Assembly (NCBI RefSeq): GCF_051860585.1
Contig: NZ_JBHYDS010000011.1
Location: forward strand, 27,093-91,092
Length of the DNA stretch: 64,000 nucleotides
Direction: 5' to 3'
Source: Hyphomicrobium sp.
GTDB lineage: Bacteria; Pseudomonadota; Alphaproteobacteria; Rhizobiales; Hyphomicrobiaceae
This document shows positions 7,503-16,850 of this stretch, piece by piece (position 1 is the stretch's first letter; every line of letters begins with the position of its first letter). The notes beneath the pieces were generated by a model. The model had not been told where the DNA came from and did not search any database. It was given only the letters and a program-made list of their open reading frames with translations. The translations under genes and the position numbers were made by a program.

Positions 7503-10466
7503 CTATGGCGGCGGCGACCGCTGCACACGGGCAAGCAAAAGATCGGGGACCGCGAGCGGCATGTTGACTGTCGGCGTTTGGCGATTGGCGGTCAGGTCTC
7601 TGACGCGCTCCTTGACGTACGTCTGCAGCATCGACGTCGTAATGTAGTCGCGATCGCGATATTCGGCTGCCCCGTTTATCCCTTCGACGACGGCCTTCGT
7701 GAAGGCTCCGTTTTTCCAGATTGCGGTTTCCAGAGAATTCTGCTTTCCGGTCGACGAAGCATACACGATGACGCCCATGGACGGCTGGCTTACTTGACTG
7801 ACGAAACCGATCACGTCCATCGGCACAAGTCCTGGGCCGAATATTCCGCCAGCGCGACAGGTATCGACAAAAAGCACCCTGCTGCCGACAATGCGCTTCA
7901 AGGCGGAGAGCAACTCGACGTAAGAGAGCGCAGTGTTCGGGAGCTGGGAGAGATTGGCGTCACGGGGTAGAAAATAGTAAATCCCGTCGCGGGTATCCAA
8001 ACCGTGACCGGCAAGGAAGACCATTCCAATGTCTGTCGGGCCGACCATCTTTGTCAGCCAGTCAAGTCCGCTGCGCATTCCTTCCAGAGTCGCCTCTTGG
8101 TTCGTAATGATTTTTGAAACCACGTCGACGAACGCTTTGTCTTTTTGCTGCACGACGGCGCTTACGAAGTCAGAGGCGTCCTTGGCGGGAAAGCTAAGTT
8201 TCAATTTCTTGTTGGCGTATTCGCTGACGCCGATGGCCAGCACATAGACTTTGCGTTTTTCAGCAGCGATGCCGGCTTGCTCGCCTGTCCATTTGAGGCG
8301 GACAGATGCCGGCTCGCTCGTCGAGAATCGATTGCTTGCAAAGAGCACCACTTCGCTATCCCGTTGCGGAACGATGATCTTGCGTTCGCCGATGACCTCA
8401 TTGCCCGCGCCGAGAGGAGGCGCCTCAAAAGTTCCGAGCGGATGGTCATCACTGCGTATGATGACCTCGTTTATGGGCTCACCCGATGGCGCTCGCAGAC
8501 GGTAACGCAGGACGACCTCGGGGCTGTTGATGCTTGCTCCGTTCTGAGGCTCCAGTATCTCGATGACCGGCGGCAGCAGCTCGGCGAAGTCCCGTTGCTT
8601 TTCCTCTCGGCCGCCTTCCGCGTTCGCTTCGCGAATTGCCTGAGCTTCGTCCAGAGCAGCGAGGGTCTTCACGACGATGCTTGGCTTGTAGTACTTGTCT
8701 CTGAAGCGTCCGACCGAAAAGAAATCCGCGGAATTATCGCGGCCGCGATTGACCTGCCACCCAACAAGCGAGTCGCCGCCTACGGACGACATGAAGTATC
8801 CGGATGGTGTCCAAGCGACCCAGCGCGCTCCGTCCGGATGTGGGAAGAAGGCCAGCAGTTCGGTCCCGGTGTCCATCGCGTACCAGCGGATGGTGCCGTC
8901 TCCGAGCGCGGCAACGACCAGCCGGTTGTCAGCGGTGGCCACCAAACCGCGAGCGGCGAAAGGAAGTTGAGTCGACCATAGAACCTTCGCTTCCGCATCG
9001 TAGCGTATGATGCGCCACGCGGTTCCCAAGAGAAGCGTCTTTGCGTCCGCCGCAAAGGTCAGGGACAAAGCCTGTTCCAGGGTTTTCAGCGGCAAAGGAA
9101 TGCCGTTGAGCGTTGGCTCGTAGCTTCGGCTCCAGTTGCGCACGTCGAGATCGGGCACATTGGTGACAGGAGAGGTCATCTCGATGTCGGCGGGTCCGTC
9201 GCCCTTCTCGATCACGCGGTCCAACAGAGAGAAGTACGCCGGCTCTGCACCAGATGGCTCGTAGGCGAACCGAATGGCAGTTCCGTCACGCGATACGGAA
9301 AGTCGGTCACCGACCTCGGTGTAATCAGCGACCTTGAGCCGCCGTTCCGTCGTCAACTTGTCGTTGGGTCCGATGAGCCCGATGTAGGGAACCTCGCTCG
9401 TGAAAGCCAATCCCCCGGTCGAGATGCCCGTCATACGCATGATTTGATTGGAGGGGCCCGGGATATCGAGCGGTCGCCCCCTGCCGCCGTCCGCCCAGCG
9501 GCGGAATGGAAAGCGATTCCCCTTTTGCCAGGTGCCTCCCGCATACAGCGACTTGCCGTCGGGCGACCACACGACACGCCACAAGGCACCATTGTCGACC
9601 CCACGCACGTCGGGACTGAACAGATCGGTCAGGTCGGTCGCGGAGATGACGTCGACCGCTGCGTGCCAGCGCTCTTCGGATTTTATGGACTCGTCATATG
9701 CGACGGCAAGCTGCGTCCCGTCCGGCGAGAAGCTTACGCCATCGGGCCGGCGACCCTCGCGCATGGTGCGGCTGGCGATCAGTTTGAAATTGCTGTCGTA
9801 GAGGCGAATCTTGCCATCGTAGCAGGATGTGACGAGCCGGCCGGTCGGGTCGAACTCAACCCATACGCTGTTCGAGCCATAGTCACGATCCTCGAACGCG
9901 AGGGAATAGTCGCTTGTCCGATAGACACGCAGGCCCTTTCCCGCCTTCAGCGCGAACGCAAAATACTTCCCATCTTTGGAGTAGGCAATGTGGTTGGCCC
10001 GATGCGGCAAATCGCAGACGGACTTGCGCATGTCGCCCACTTTGACGTCGATCACGTAGAAGCACCAGGGGCCGTCCACTCCGGCCCAGGCGCCCGTCCA
10101 GCCGGTTGTGATCAGCGTGTTGCCGTCAGGAGAGAATTCGACCGCGTACACCGCGCCTTCGTTGCCTTTGCCAACCGGCAGACGGATCGTGCGCGTCGGC
10201 TCCAGCTTCGGAATGGACCAGATGCGGACGGTCTGGTCATAGGCCGCGGTCGCCAGATGCGTGCCATCGGCGCTCGACGCGAGACCGAGAATAATGCCGG
10301 TGTGATCGCCTGTTTCGATTCGGAGTTTGGGATCCGGAACGACGTCCTGCGCCGGCGCAAAGCTTGTCCAAGCGCTTAATAAAAGCCCAATCAGAATGGT
10401 CTTAAGAGGAGAATTACGCAACCATGACCCCCGTGGCGTTGGCGATGAGCCTACGCGAACCCGCAA
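7503..10466 (-). CDS. Exported WD40 beta-propeller + caspase-like (peptidase C14) protein
   Basis: LRIETGDHT start, WD repeats, WVAWTPSGYF, Ig-like linker, VLAIGVSEY, FLAGHG (His), VDTCRAG (Cys), NGAFTKA, QTP. True start may be ~50 nt downstream. Confidence 0.88.
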   Translation of the reverse strand: MRVRVGSSPTPRGSWLRNSPLKTILIGLLLSAWTSFAPAQDVVPDPKLRIETGDHTGIILGLASSADGTHLATAAYDQTVRIWSIPKLEPTRTIRLPVGKGNEGAVYAVEFSPDGNTLITTGWTGAWAGVDGPWCFYVIDVKVGDMRKSVCDLPHRANHIAYSKDGKYFAFALKAGKGLRVYRTSDYSLAFEDRDYGSNSVWVEFDPTGRLVTSCYDGKIRLYDSNFKLIASRTMREGRRPDGVSFSPDGTQLAVAYDESIKSEERWHAAVDVISATDLTDLFSPDVRGVDNGALWRVVWSPDGKSLYAGGTWQKGNRFPFRRWADGGRGRPLDIPGPSNQIMRMTGISTGGLAFTSEVPYIGLIGPNDKLTTERRLKVADYTEVGDRLSVSRDGTAIRFAYEPSGAEPAYFSLLDRVIEKGDGPADIEMTSPVTNVPDLDVRNWSRSYEPTLNGIPLPLKTLEQALSLTFAADAKTLLLGTAWRIIRYDAEAKVLWSTQLPFAARGLVATADNRLVVAALGDGTIRWYAMDTGTELLAFFPHPDGARWVAWTPSGYFMSSVGGDSLVGWQVNRGRDNSADFFSVGRFRDKYYKPSIVVKTLAALDEAQAIREANAEGGREEKQRDFAELLPPVIEILEPQNGASINSPEVVLRYRLRAPSGEPINEVIIRSDDHPLGTFEAPPLGAGNEVIGERKIIVPQRDSEVVLFASNRFSTSEPASVRLKWTGEQAGIAAEKRKVYVLAIGVSEYANKKLKLSFPAKDASDFVSAVVQQKDKAFVDVVSKIITNQEATLEGMRSGLDWLTKMVGPTDIGMVFLAGHGLDTRDGIYYFLPRDANLSQLPNTALSYVELLSALKRIVGSRVLFVDTCRAGGIFGPGLVPMDVIGFVSQVSQPSMGVIVYASSTGKQNSLETAIWKNGAFTKAVVEGINGAAEYRDRDYITTSMLQTYVKERVRDLTANRQTPTVNMPLAVPDLLLARVQRSPPP

Positions 10467-10502
10467 ACGGACGATGCTCTATTTGCGGGCTCGATCCGTC
10501 GC

Positions 10503-10682
10503 TTATTCGCCGCTTCCGCTAGGGGTCGGAGTGTCGCCTCCCTCGCCGGAGCCACTTTCACCAGAACCACTTTCGCCCCCACCTGCGACGACGGGATCGT
10601 AGCTGAGAACCAAAACGGCCGCAGATGCGGTCAGCAGTGCCGCGAGCGCCCAGGCGACAACCGAATACTTCCTCATCGCCAT
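10503..10682 (-). CDS. Small secreted Gly/Ser/Glu-rich peptide A (59 aa; not in ORF track)
   Basis: MAMRKYSVVAWALAALLTASAAVLVLSYDPVVAGGGESGSGESGSGEGGDTPTPSGSGE*, translated by hand; GGTGAGG RBS; paralog directly upstream. Confidence 0.8.
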   Translation of the reverse strand: MAMRKYSVVAWALAALLTASAAVLVLSYDPVVAGGGESGSGESGSGEGGDTPTPSGSGE

Positions 10683-10780
10683 GGCAAATCGACCTCACCT
10701 CAATGGTTCGAATCAACGCTTCCAACCAAACGTTTTTCTAGATGCGTCGCGGCCGTTTGGTCTGGCTCGCCGAGCCAAGC

Positions 10781-10936
10781 TCACTCTCCAGACGTCTGGA
10801 CTTCGCCGGTTCCGCTTGTCTTGCCTTCGTCGTCAGGCCCGGCGGCAACGGGGTCGTTGCTCAGAACCAGCCCGGCAATCGACGTCGTGAGCAACGCAGC
10901 CAATACCCACGCGAGAATGGAATTCTTCATAGACAT
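10781..10936 (-). CDS. Small secreted peptide B (51 aa; not in ORF track), paralog of peptide A
   Basis: MSMKNSILAWVLAALLTTSIAGLVLSNDPVAAGPDDEGKTSGTGEVQTSGE*; AAGGGGG RBS. Confidence 0.8.
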   Translation of the reverse strand: MSMKNSILAWVLAALLTTSIAGLVLSNDPVAAGPDDEGKTSGTGEVQTSGE

Positions 10937-11094
10937 GACCCCCTTAAATTCTTGCGGAGCGAGTTTTCAGCAAAACTTGTAACTTACGATTATCATGCGT
11001 GCACAGACAGCGATAGGTCATTGCTATCTATAAATTGTGTTGTCGACTGGTTTGTCACAGCGCCGCTTCAGCGGTCATCCAAACAGGGATTGCC

Positions 11095-12870
11095 ATGGCG
11101 GAAGATCATCAAGACTCACGATTGTTTTCAACGGACTTCCAGTCCCTGAGCCTGTTTCGCATTGTTTTTTCGATCTACCTGCTCGGGGATTTCTTTCTCA
11201 TGAACGCGCCGTATTTCGGCGACTTTTATACCGACGCCGGTTTTCTGCCATTATCGTCACTCGAGGCGAACCGCGACATATCGGGCATGCCGGCCATCTA
11301 TCCCGTGCTCAAGTTGCTGGAATGGCTGCAGCTTCCAGCCCTATTGCCGTACCTCTATCCCGCCGCGTTGATTGGCTTTGCACTGGGATACCGGACGCGT
11401 TGGTGCAACGGCATCGCCTTCCTCCTCTATTGTTACCTTTTCTGGCGCAATCCCTACATCAGATCGGGGGCGGAGAGCCTCGCACATCTGTTGCTGTTGT
11501 GGTGCCTTTTCCTGCCGATGAACCGATACTGGGGCGTCGATGCGGCGCTCGACAAGGGCGCGCGCAATCGCGCCTACCCTGTGCTTCCGTACATCGCGAT
11601 CAAGCTGCAGGTTTGCTCGGTCTACTTTTTTGCGGCACTTTTCAAGCTGGGCGGTGCACCCTGGCGAGACGGCTTCGCGATCTCCTGGGCGCTAAGCGAC
11701 AACGCATTTGGAGGTACTCCGGCGGGGCTCTATCTCGTCGAGAATGCCCCCTTCGTCCTCACGCTGGCGACCTACGCGGTGATGGCTCTCCAGCTGTCGT
11801 TTCCGCTGCTCGTATTCGCACCCTGGCGAAACGACGTCGCGCGCGCGGTTGCGTTGGGCGGTGTAGCGCTGATGCACATTGCATTCGTGTTTGCGCTGAA
11901 CATCGGAGGATTTCCATTCCTTTGCTTGACGATGCTTCTGCTGTTCGTCCCCGACTCCTGGGTTGAGAAGCTCTTCCAATGGCGCAGGGAGAGACTCCGG
12001 CGCGTTTCGATCTATTTCGAGCCGGACTGCGGGTTCTGCGAGAAGACCGCGCTACTCCTGCGCGAATTCCTGCTGCCCCCGTCTACGCCTGTGCTGCCGG
12101 CATCCGCCGATCCTGAAATGCTGCGGCTTTTGCGCGAGCAAAACTCCTGGGTCGTTCGTGGCGCCGACGGCCAAGTGCATCTCAAGTGGCGCGCGGTGTC
12201 CTACGTCTTGAGCGAGAGTCTTTTGCTTTGGCCGTTGGCCTGGTTCATGGATCTAGGCTTGCTCCGGCGCTCCTTTGAACGGCTTTACGACCTCTTCGGC
12301 CGACACCGGGGGCCGCTCGGATCACTCGCCGCGTTCTTTCTGAAGTTCAGAAACGAGGCTGTACCTGGCCAGCCTGCTCTCGCTCTATGCGCTTGGTTGA
12401 TGCTGCTCGCGCTCGTCGGCAACATTCATCATGCCCTGAGACCCTCGTATGACAGGCCGACGGGGCTCGATCATCTCGTGGCCGCATGGCAAGTAGGGCA
12501 GCGTTGGAGTTTGTTTGCCCCAATCCCGATACACTCCCAACATAGCTACGAGGCGATCGCGCGCACGGCCGATGGCTCGACCTTCGATATCTTGGCGTTG
12601 TCCACAAAGCCCCTCCTGTGGATGCGGGGTAAAGACGGGCTGGAATTTCCCAACCATCGCTGGCTCAAATACTTCAATCGGGTCGATAGCCTAGCCGAAA
12701 GGGATCGCGTCGCGCTAGGCCACTATCTCTGCCGGCTCGCGCGCGAAAGGAGCACCGCGACCGTTGATGTCCGGAATGTCGTTTTCACGTCGTCACGCGC
12801 GTCGTTCGTGGCGCACTTGCCAGAGAGTCCCTCACGCTCCAAAACGCACACATTCGAATGCGGCAAGTAA
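11095..12870 (+). CDS. HTTM-domain membrane protein (gamma-carboxylase/SdpB-like) fused to a DCC1-like thiol-disulfide domain and an SdpA-like C-terminus
   Basis: SLSLFRIVF, LALGYRTR, WRNPY, VYFFAALFKLGGAPWRDG, ALMHIAF TM block; FEPDCGFC (DCC1/DUF393); QRWSLFAPIP. Confidence 0.8.
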   Translation: MAEDHQDSRLFSTDFQSLSLFRIVFSIYLLGDFFLMNAPYFGDFYTDAGFLPLSSLEANRDISGMPAIYPVLKLLEWLQLPALLPYLYPAALIGFALGYRTRWCNGIAFLLYCYLFWRNPYIRSGAESLAHLLLLWCLFLPMNRYWGVDAALDKGARNRAYPVLPYIAIKLQVCSVYFFAALFKLGGAPWRDGFAISWALSDNAFGGTPAGLYLVENAPFVLTLATYAVMALQLSFPLLVFAPWRNDVARAVALGGVALMHIAFVFALNIGGFPFLCLTMLLLFVPDSWVEKLFQWRRERLRRVSIYFEPDCGFCEKTALLLREFLLPPSTPVLPASADPEMLRLLREQNSWVVRGADGQVHLKWRAVSYVLSESLLLWPLAWFMDLGLLRRSFERLYDLFGRHRGPLGSLAAFFLKFRNEAVPGQPALALCAWLMLLALVGNIHHALRPSYDRPTGLDHLVAAWQVGQRWSLFAPIPIHSQHSYEAIARTADGSTFDILALSTKPLLWMRGKDGLEFPNHRWLKYFNRVDSLAERDRVALGHYLCRLARERSTATVDVRNVVFTSSRASFVAHLPESPSRSKTHTFECGK

Positions 12871-12880
12871 GGGGTCTCGA

Positions 12881-14101
12881 CTAGGAAGCGTCGGCGCTGG
12901 TTGCAATGACGTTCTTGAGTCCGCTTGGCAATCGCGCAATGGCGAGAGCGAGCAATTGTGCCCGCGGAACAAGCGAACTCACCTCGATATACTCGTCATC
13001 TGAATGACCGTTGTGGCCAACAGGCCCGACCGAACAAAGTGTCGGGCAGCCCTGAGCCGCTGTAATGGCCGAGTCGGCGCCTCCTCCAACTGAAATGCCT
13101 TGGACGTCGAGGCCCAAAACCTGTCCTGCCATCTTGTATTCCGCCAAGAGCCAGGTTGACTCCTCGGTGATTTCGAGTGGCTCACGCTCGCTGTCGATCG
13201 TCAGCGTCGCATGAGTCCCTTCGAGGTGAGCGGTCTCGATAACCCTTCGGACTGCGGCTAGAGCCGCTTCACGGTCGTTGCAGTGGACATAGCGCAAGTC
13301 GATACGCGCAGAGGCGTAAGGGGCGATCGTGTTGACGCTCTGGCCGCCCGAGACCATGCCGACGTTGACCGTGACGCCTTTGTCGAAATCTGTGAGCGCG
13401 TGAAGGCGCACGACCTTGCGCGCCAGTTCCTCGATAGCTGAGATGCCATCTTTCGGGGCTGCGCCGGCATGGGCCGCCTTACCGAAAATTTCGACCGTCA
13501 TGAATACTCCGCCTTTTCGCGCGACGACGACGATATCCTTTGTGGGCGAAGGCTCGGAGTTGAAAGCGGCCCGCGCACGCCGACCCTGAACCTCGATATA
13601 GGCGCGTGACGACGGCGACGAGATCTCCTCATCGGCGGTGATGAGTGCCACTAGCGGACCAGGATGGCCCCCGAAGCGCTTGAAAGCCGCCAGCACGAAT
13701 GCGTTCATGACCAGCCCTGCCTTCATGTCCGCGACGCCAGGACCAAACGCATTGTCGCCGTCGATGCGAAAAGGCCGCCGTGTCGCCTCACCGGAGCCGA
13801 AAACCGTATCTCGGTGACCCATCAGCAGGATATCCCGCTGGTCTTGCGCGGCCGGCTGGGGGAGCAGCACGCGCATCAGTTCGCCATACGTGTCGTTTGG
13901 CGTGACCTCGATCTCGATCCCCGCTGCAGAGAAGAAGTCCCTCAGAATAGTACCTGCCGCATCGACGCCGCGCTTGTCGAAAGAGCCGGAATCCTGGTTC
14001 ACCAGTCTGGCGAGCAGGTCGAGCATCGCTTGTTGCTGAGCAGCCAACCACTCGAGGACATTCTGTTGCGCGATGTCGGTCAGACGCGCGTTAGCCGCCA
14101 T
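12881..14101 (-). CDS. M20 family metallopeptidase (glutamate carboxypeptidase-like)
   Basis: MGHRDTV, GPGVADMKAG, DEEISS, NSEP, GKAAHAG, GGGADS, GHSDDEY. Confidence 0.9.
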   Translation of the reverse strand: MAANARLTDIAQQNVLEWLAAQQQAMLDLLARLVNQDSGSFDKRGVDAAGTILRDFFSAAGIEIEVTPNDTYGELMRVLLPQPAAQDQRDILLMGHRDTVFGSGEATRRPFRIDGDNAFGPGVADMKAGLVMNAFVLAAFKRFGGHPGPLVALITADEEISSPSSRAYIEVQGRRARAAFNSEPSPTKDIVVVARKGGVFMTVEIFGKAAHAGAAPKDGISAIEELARKVVRLHALTDFDKGVTVNVGMVSGGQSVNTIAPYASARIDLRYVHCNDREAALAAVRRVIETAHLEGTHATLTIDSEREPLEITEESTWLLAEYKMAGQVLGLDVQGISVGGGADSAITAAQGCPTLCSVGPVGHNGHSDDEYIEVSSLVPRAQLLALAIARLPSGLKNVIATSADAS

Positions 14102-14245
14102 GGCATGCCTGCCTTTAGATCATCGCCGCCATCGTTTTCGGCGCACTCGAAGCTAGTACCGTAGGTACCTATCTCGCAAGTCGTTCGAAGGAAAATCGCG
14201 CCACGGGAATCCGTTGGGCGAAAATGTGGGTGGTGAGTGGGTCAT

Positions 14246-14383
14246 TTCAGCTGAGGGTCAGTCGCTGCCTTGCTTGATTACGCTTGAACGTCTGATCAGC
14301 TTCGACAAGCGGACCTCGCAATCGCGTCATTTGGTCAACGTCGGTTCACCAGCGCCTATGTCTGCTTGTGGCTCATAGCCGAC
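14246..14383. repeat. Palindromic site cluster, copy 2
   Basis: TTCAGC-N12-GCTGCC (14246-69); GTCTGA-N13-GCGGAC (14290-314), 45 bp, GTCTGC-N12-GCCGAC (14360-83). Confidence 0.7.
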
Positions 14384-14635
14384 CTCAGCGTCTGCGCAGT
14401 CGCCTGGCTCGCGACGTCTGCATTGTAGGGTCTGTCCCTTGATATTGAGCAACTCCGGAGCGTCTTCGCTTCGGTTATCAGTAAGCTGAAATCATTGTCA
14501 TTCGCCGGGTTGTGACATTGCCGCCGATAACTGCAGAGCCCGATCTCTCTCTTGCACCCCGCTCTCAGGCGGGCGAGGCTTGGAGACGACGCACAATTGG
14601 ATTTAAGGTTTCTCGTGGCTATTGGGAGACTTCAT

Positions 14636-15781
14636 ATGAAACAGTCCATCACTCTTGTGCATGGAACGTTTGCCCCCGAAGCGCCATGGACCAACGAAGG
14701 GTCCTATCTTTGCCAAGCATTGCAGGTTCGCTTTACCGGTACGGCAGAAATCCATCGCTTTCAATGGACCGGAAAAAACAACCACAGACACCGTCGGCAG
14801 GCCGCCTCTGAATTAGAGGCGCACTTGACAGCTGAAGTTGAGCGGAAACCGCATTCCGATCACTTTATCATCTGCCATAGTCACGGCGGCAACATCGCCC
14901 TTATGGCACTCCGGGACCCCTCGCTACAGAGCAAAGTCGCGGCAGTTATTTGCCTCAACACACCTTTCCTCCACGCTTTTCAACGGAGCCTCTTCACAGC
15001 ATTGTTTCTACCGGTCACAATCATTTTGGTAGCCAGCCTAATCATGTTCTACCCGGCCGCACTTGCCGCGACCGAAGCTTCCTGGTCGGCGGAGTTCACG
15101 CTATTGGCAGCGGGATGCTGCTTAGTCTTGCTCGCAGCTCTCCTGAATCGGCTGTTTCCAATTGATGCATTGCAGAATCTCGTGCCCAAAGTCATTGACG
15201 AATTGACGTTGCCCGCTATCAGCAACGTGCGGGTCACCTGCATCACCACAGCGAGCGACGAAGTCTTCGACGGGTTGAATGGGTTATCTGCATTCAACTC
15301 ATTCCTACTGCATCTTCTTCGTCCCAGACCGCTGTTCGTAACTTTGACCGCAATCGCCGTGACGAGTTTGGCGGGCTGGCTGCCACCGTTCCCTGCGCTT
15401 GAAAGCATTCCATTCCTCGGTAGTGAGCTTGCGCGGATTCGTACTGGTAACGCGGAGACGCTGTCCGCTGCGTCAATCCTCATCTACTCTTTCGCTTCGG
15501 CAGCACTCTATGGCGCTACCCTCATCGTCGTCGTACATCTTTTCGCCTGGGCGAGGCTGAAATGGTACGGCGCTCAAGGGATCCCTCTCTATGCTGCGCC
15601 GCACGTAGCGGTGTTGACAACGCCGACCCCGGTCACTGCGGAAAGCATTCGCTTCGTGGAGATAGACGCATTTCAGCTGAGGCTGAACCATTCGGCCTCC
15701 TACACCAACCCGGAAATCGTGGCACTCGTCGTTGACTTGTTGAAGCCAGCGCCAAAACCGCCAGAGCAGGCTATGGCCTAG
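14636..15781 (+). CDS. Membrane-associated alpha/beta hydrolase (lipase-like)
   Basis: ITLVHGTF, FQWTG.N, ICHSHGGNIAL nucleophile motif, several TM helices, terminal NHSASY. Confidence 0.75.
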   Translation: MKQSITLVHGTFAPEAPWTNEGSYLCQALQVRFTGTAEIHRFQWTGKNNHRHRRQAASELEAHLTAEVERKPHSDHFIICHSHGGNIALMALRDPSLQSKVAAVICLNTPFLHAFQRSLFTALFLPVTIILVASLIMFYPAALAATEASWSAEFTLLAAGCCLVLLAALLNRLFPIDALQNLVPKVIDELTLPAISNVRVTCITTASDEVFDGLNGLSAFNSFLLHLLRPRPLFVTLTAIAVTSLAGWLPPFPALESIPFLGSELARIRTGNAETLSAASILIYSFASAALYGATLIVVVHLFAWARLKWYGAQGIPLYAAPHVAVLTTPTPVTAESIRFVEIDAFQLRLNHSASYTNPEIVALVVDLLKPAPKPPEQAMA

Positions 15782-15856
15782 GTCCAAACAAACTTCATCT
15801 CGGCTTACGTGACGACCCTTCGATCTAGGATAACGTCTCAGCTGAGCTGACGTAAT

Positions 15857-15915
15857 GTCAGTTTCTGGCCCTTTGCTGCCGTGAGCCGTTAGACAGCAGA
15901 GTCCCAACAGCCGAC
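15857..15915. repeat. Two N12 palindromic sites downstream of the minimal recombinase
   Basis: GTCAGT-TTCTGGCCCTTT-GCTGCC and GACAGC-N12-GCCGAC. Confidence 0.6.
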
Positions 15916-15989
15916 ATCGACATCAATGCAATCGGCGACGCAACAACGCCGCCGACGTTGTCCGGAATCGGGAGAAGAGCGTCAGTCGC

Positions 15990-16637
15990 TAAGATATCGA
16001 TCTTCTCGGCGATTTCTATCGCGTCGTCGACCTCAATGCCGAGGTACCTTACCGTGCTTTCGATCTTCGAATGCCCAAGCAGGAGTTGGACAGCTCAAAG
16101 GTTTCCGGTCCGCCGATAGATGAGCACCGCCTTTGTCCGACGCAGCGAGTGCGTACCGAACTTGGCCGGGTCGAGACCGATACTGGCGATCCACTCAAGA
16201 ACCAGGCGAGCATACTGCCGCGTTGTCAGCCCACCTCTGTCGCCACGACCAGCGAATAGGAATTGACCCGGCTTGCGTCCAGTCAAGCGCAGATACTAGT
16301 CGATGGCCTGGCGTGTCTGATCGGCCAGCTCAAACCGTACCGGTCTGCCAGTTTTCTTCTGTCGGATTGTTGCGCGGTCCATCGAGTATCCGCTCGGCGC
16401 AACATCATCTACGCGAACGGCCACTACGTCACAGCCGCGAAGCTTGCTGTCGATCGCTAGGTTGAACAGAGCAAGGTCTCTTTTCTTGCCCTCGATTTGG
16501 AGCTTTGTACGGATCGACCAGACGTGGCTCGGGCGCAAGGGCGGCTTCGCGCCCACCAGTTTGCCCTTGTTCCAGGGGACGCGAGCGGGCTTGGCAGCCG
16601 GTTCAGTAGCAGTAGGTGCACTCGGATGGTCTTCCAT
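15990..16637 (-). pseudogene. Minimal (~210 aa) tyrosine recombinase of the PWNKGK type, two in-frame nonsense codons
   Basis: PWNKGKLVGAKPPL, IDSKLRGCD, QKKTG, THSLRRTK, LLGHSKIESTVRYLG all in one frame, interrupted by TAG (16296-98) and TGA (16095-97); AAGGAG RBS. Confidence 0.9.
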
Positions 16638-16850
16638 GGTCAGTCTCCTTTTCTGAGAGACAAACCAGCATGCGCCTCCGTCCACCTAACCTGCTGATCT
16701 CACGACCGGTCTCAGCCTACTTCTTCCATTTATTGGTTACTGCCCGTCGAGTTTGACCCATAGCTGTCATCGACACCGGCGATTGCGGCTCATTCGCGAA
16801 TTGATTGCCCGTTGCCGCACGAGCGGAGGTACAGACTTCCGCTTTGCTTT

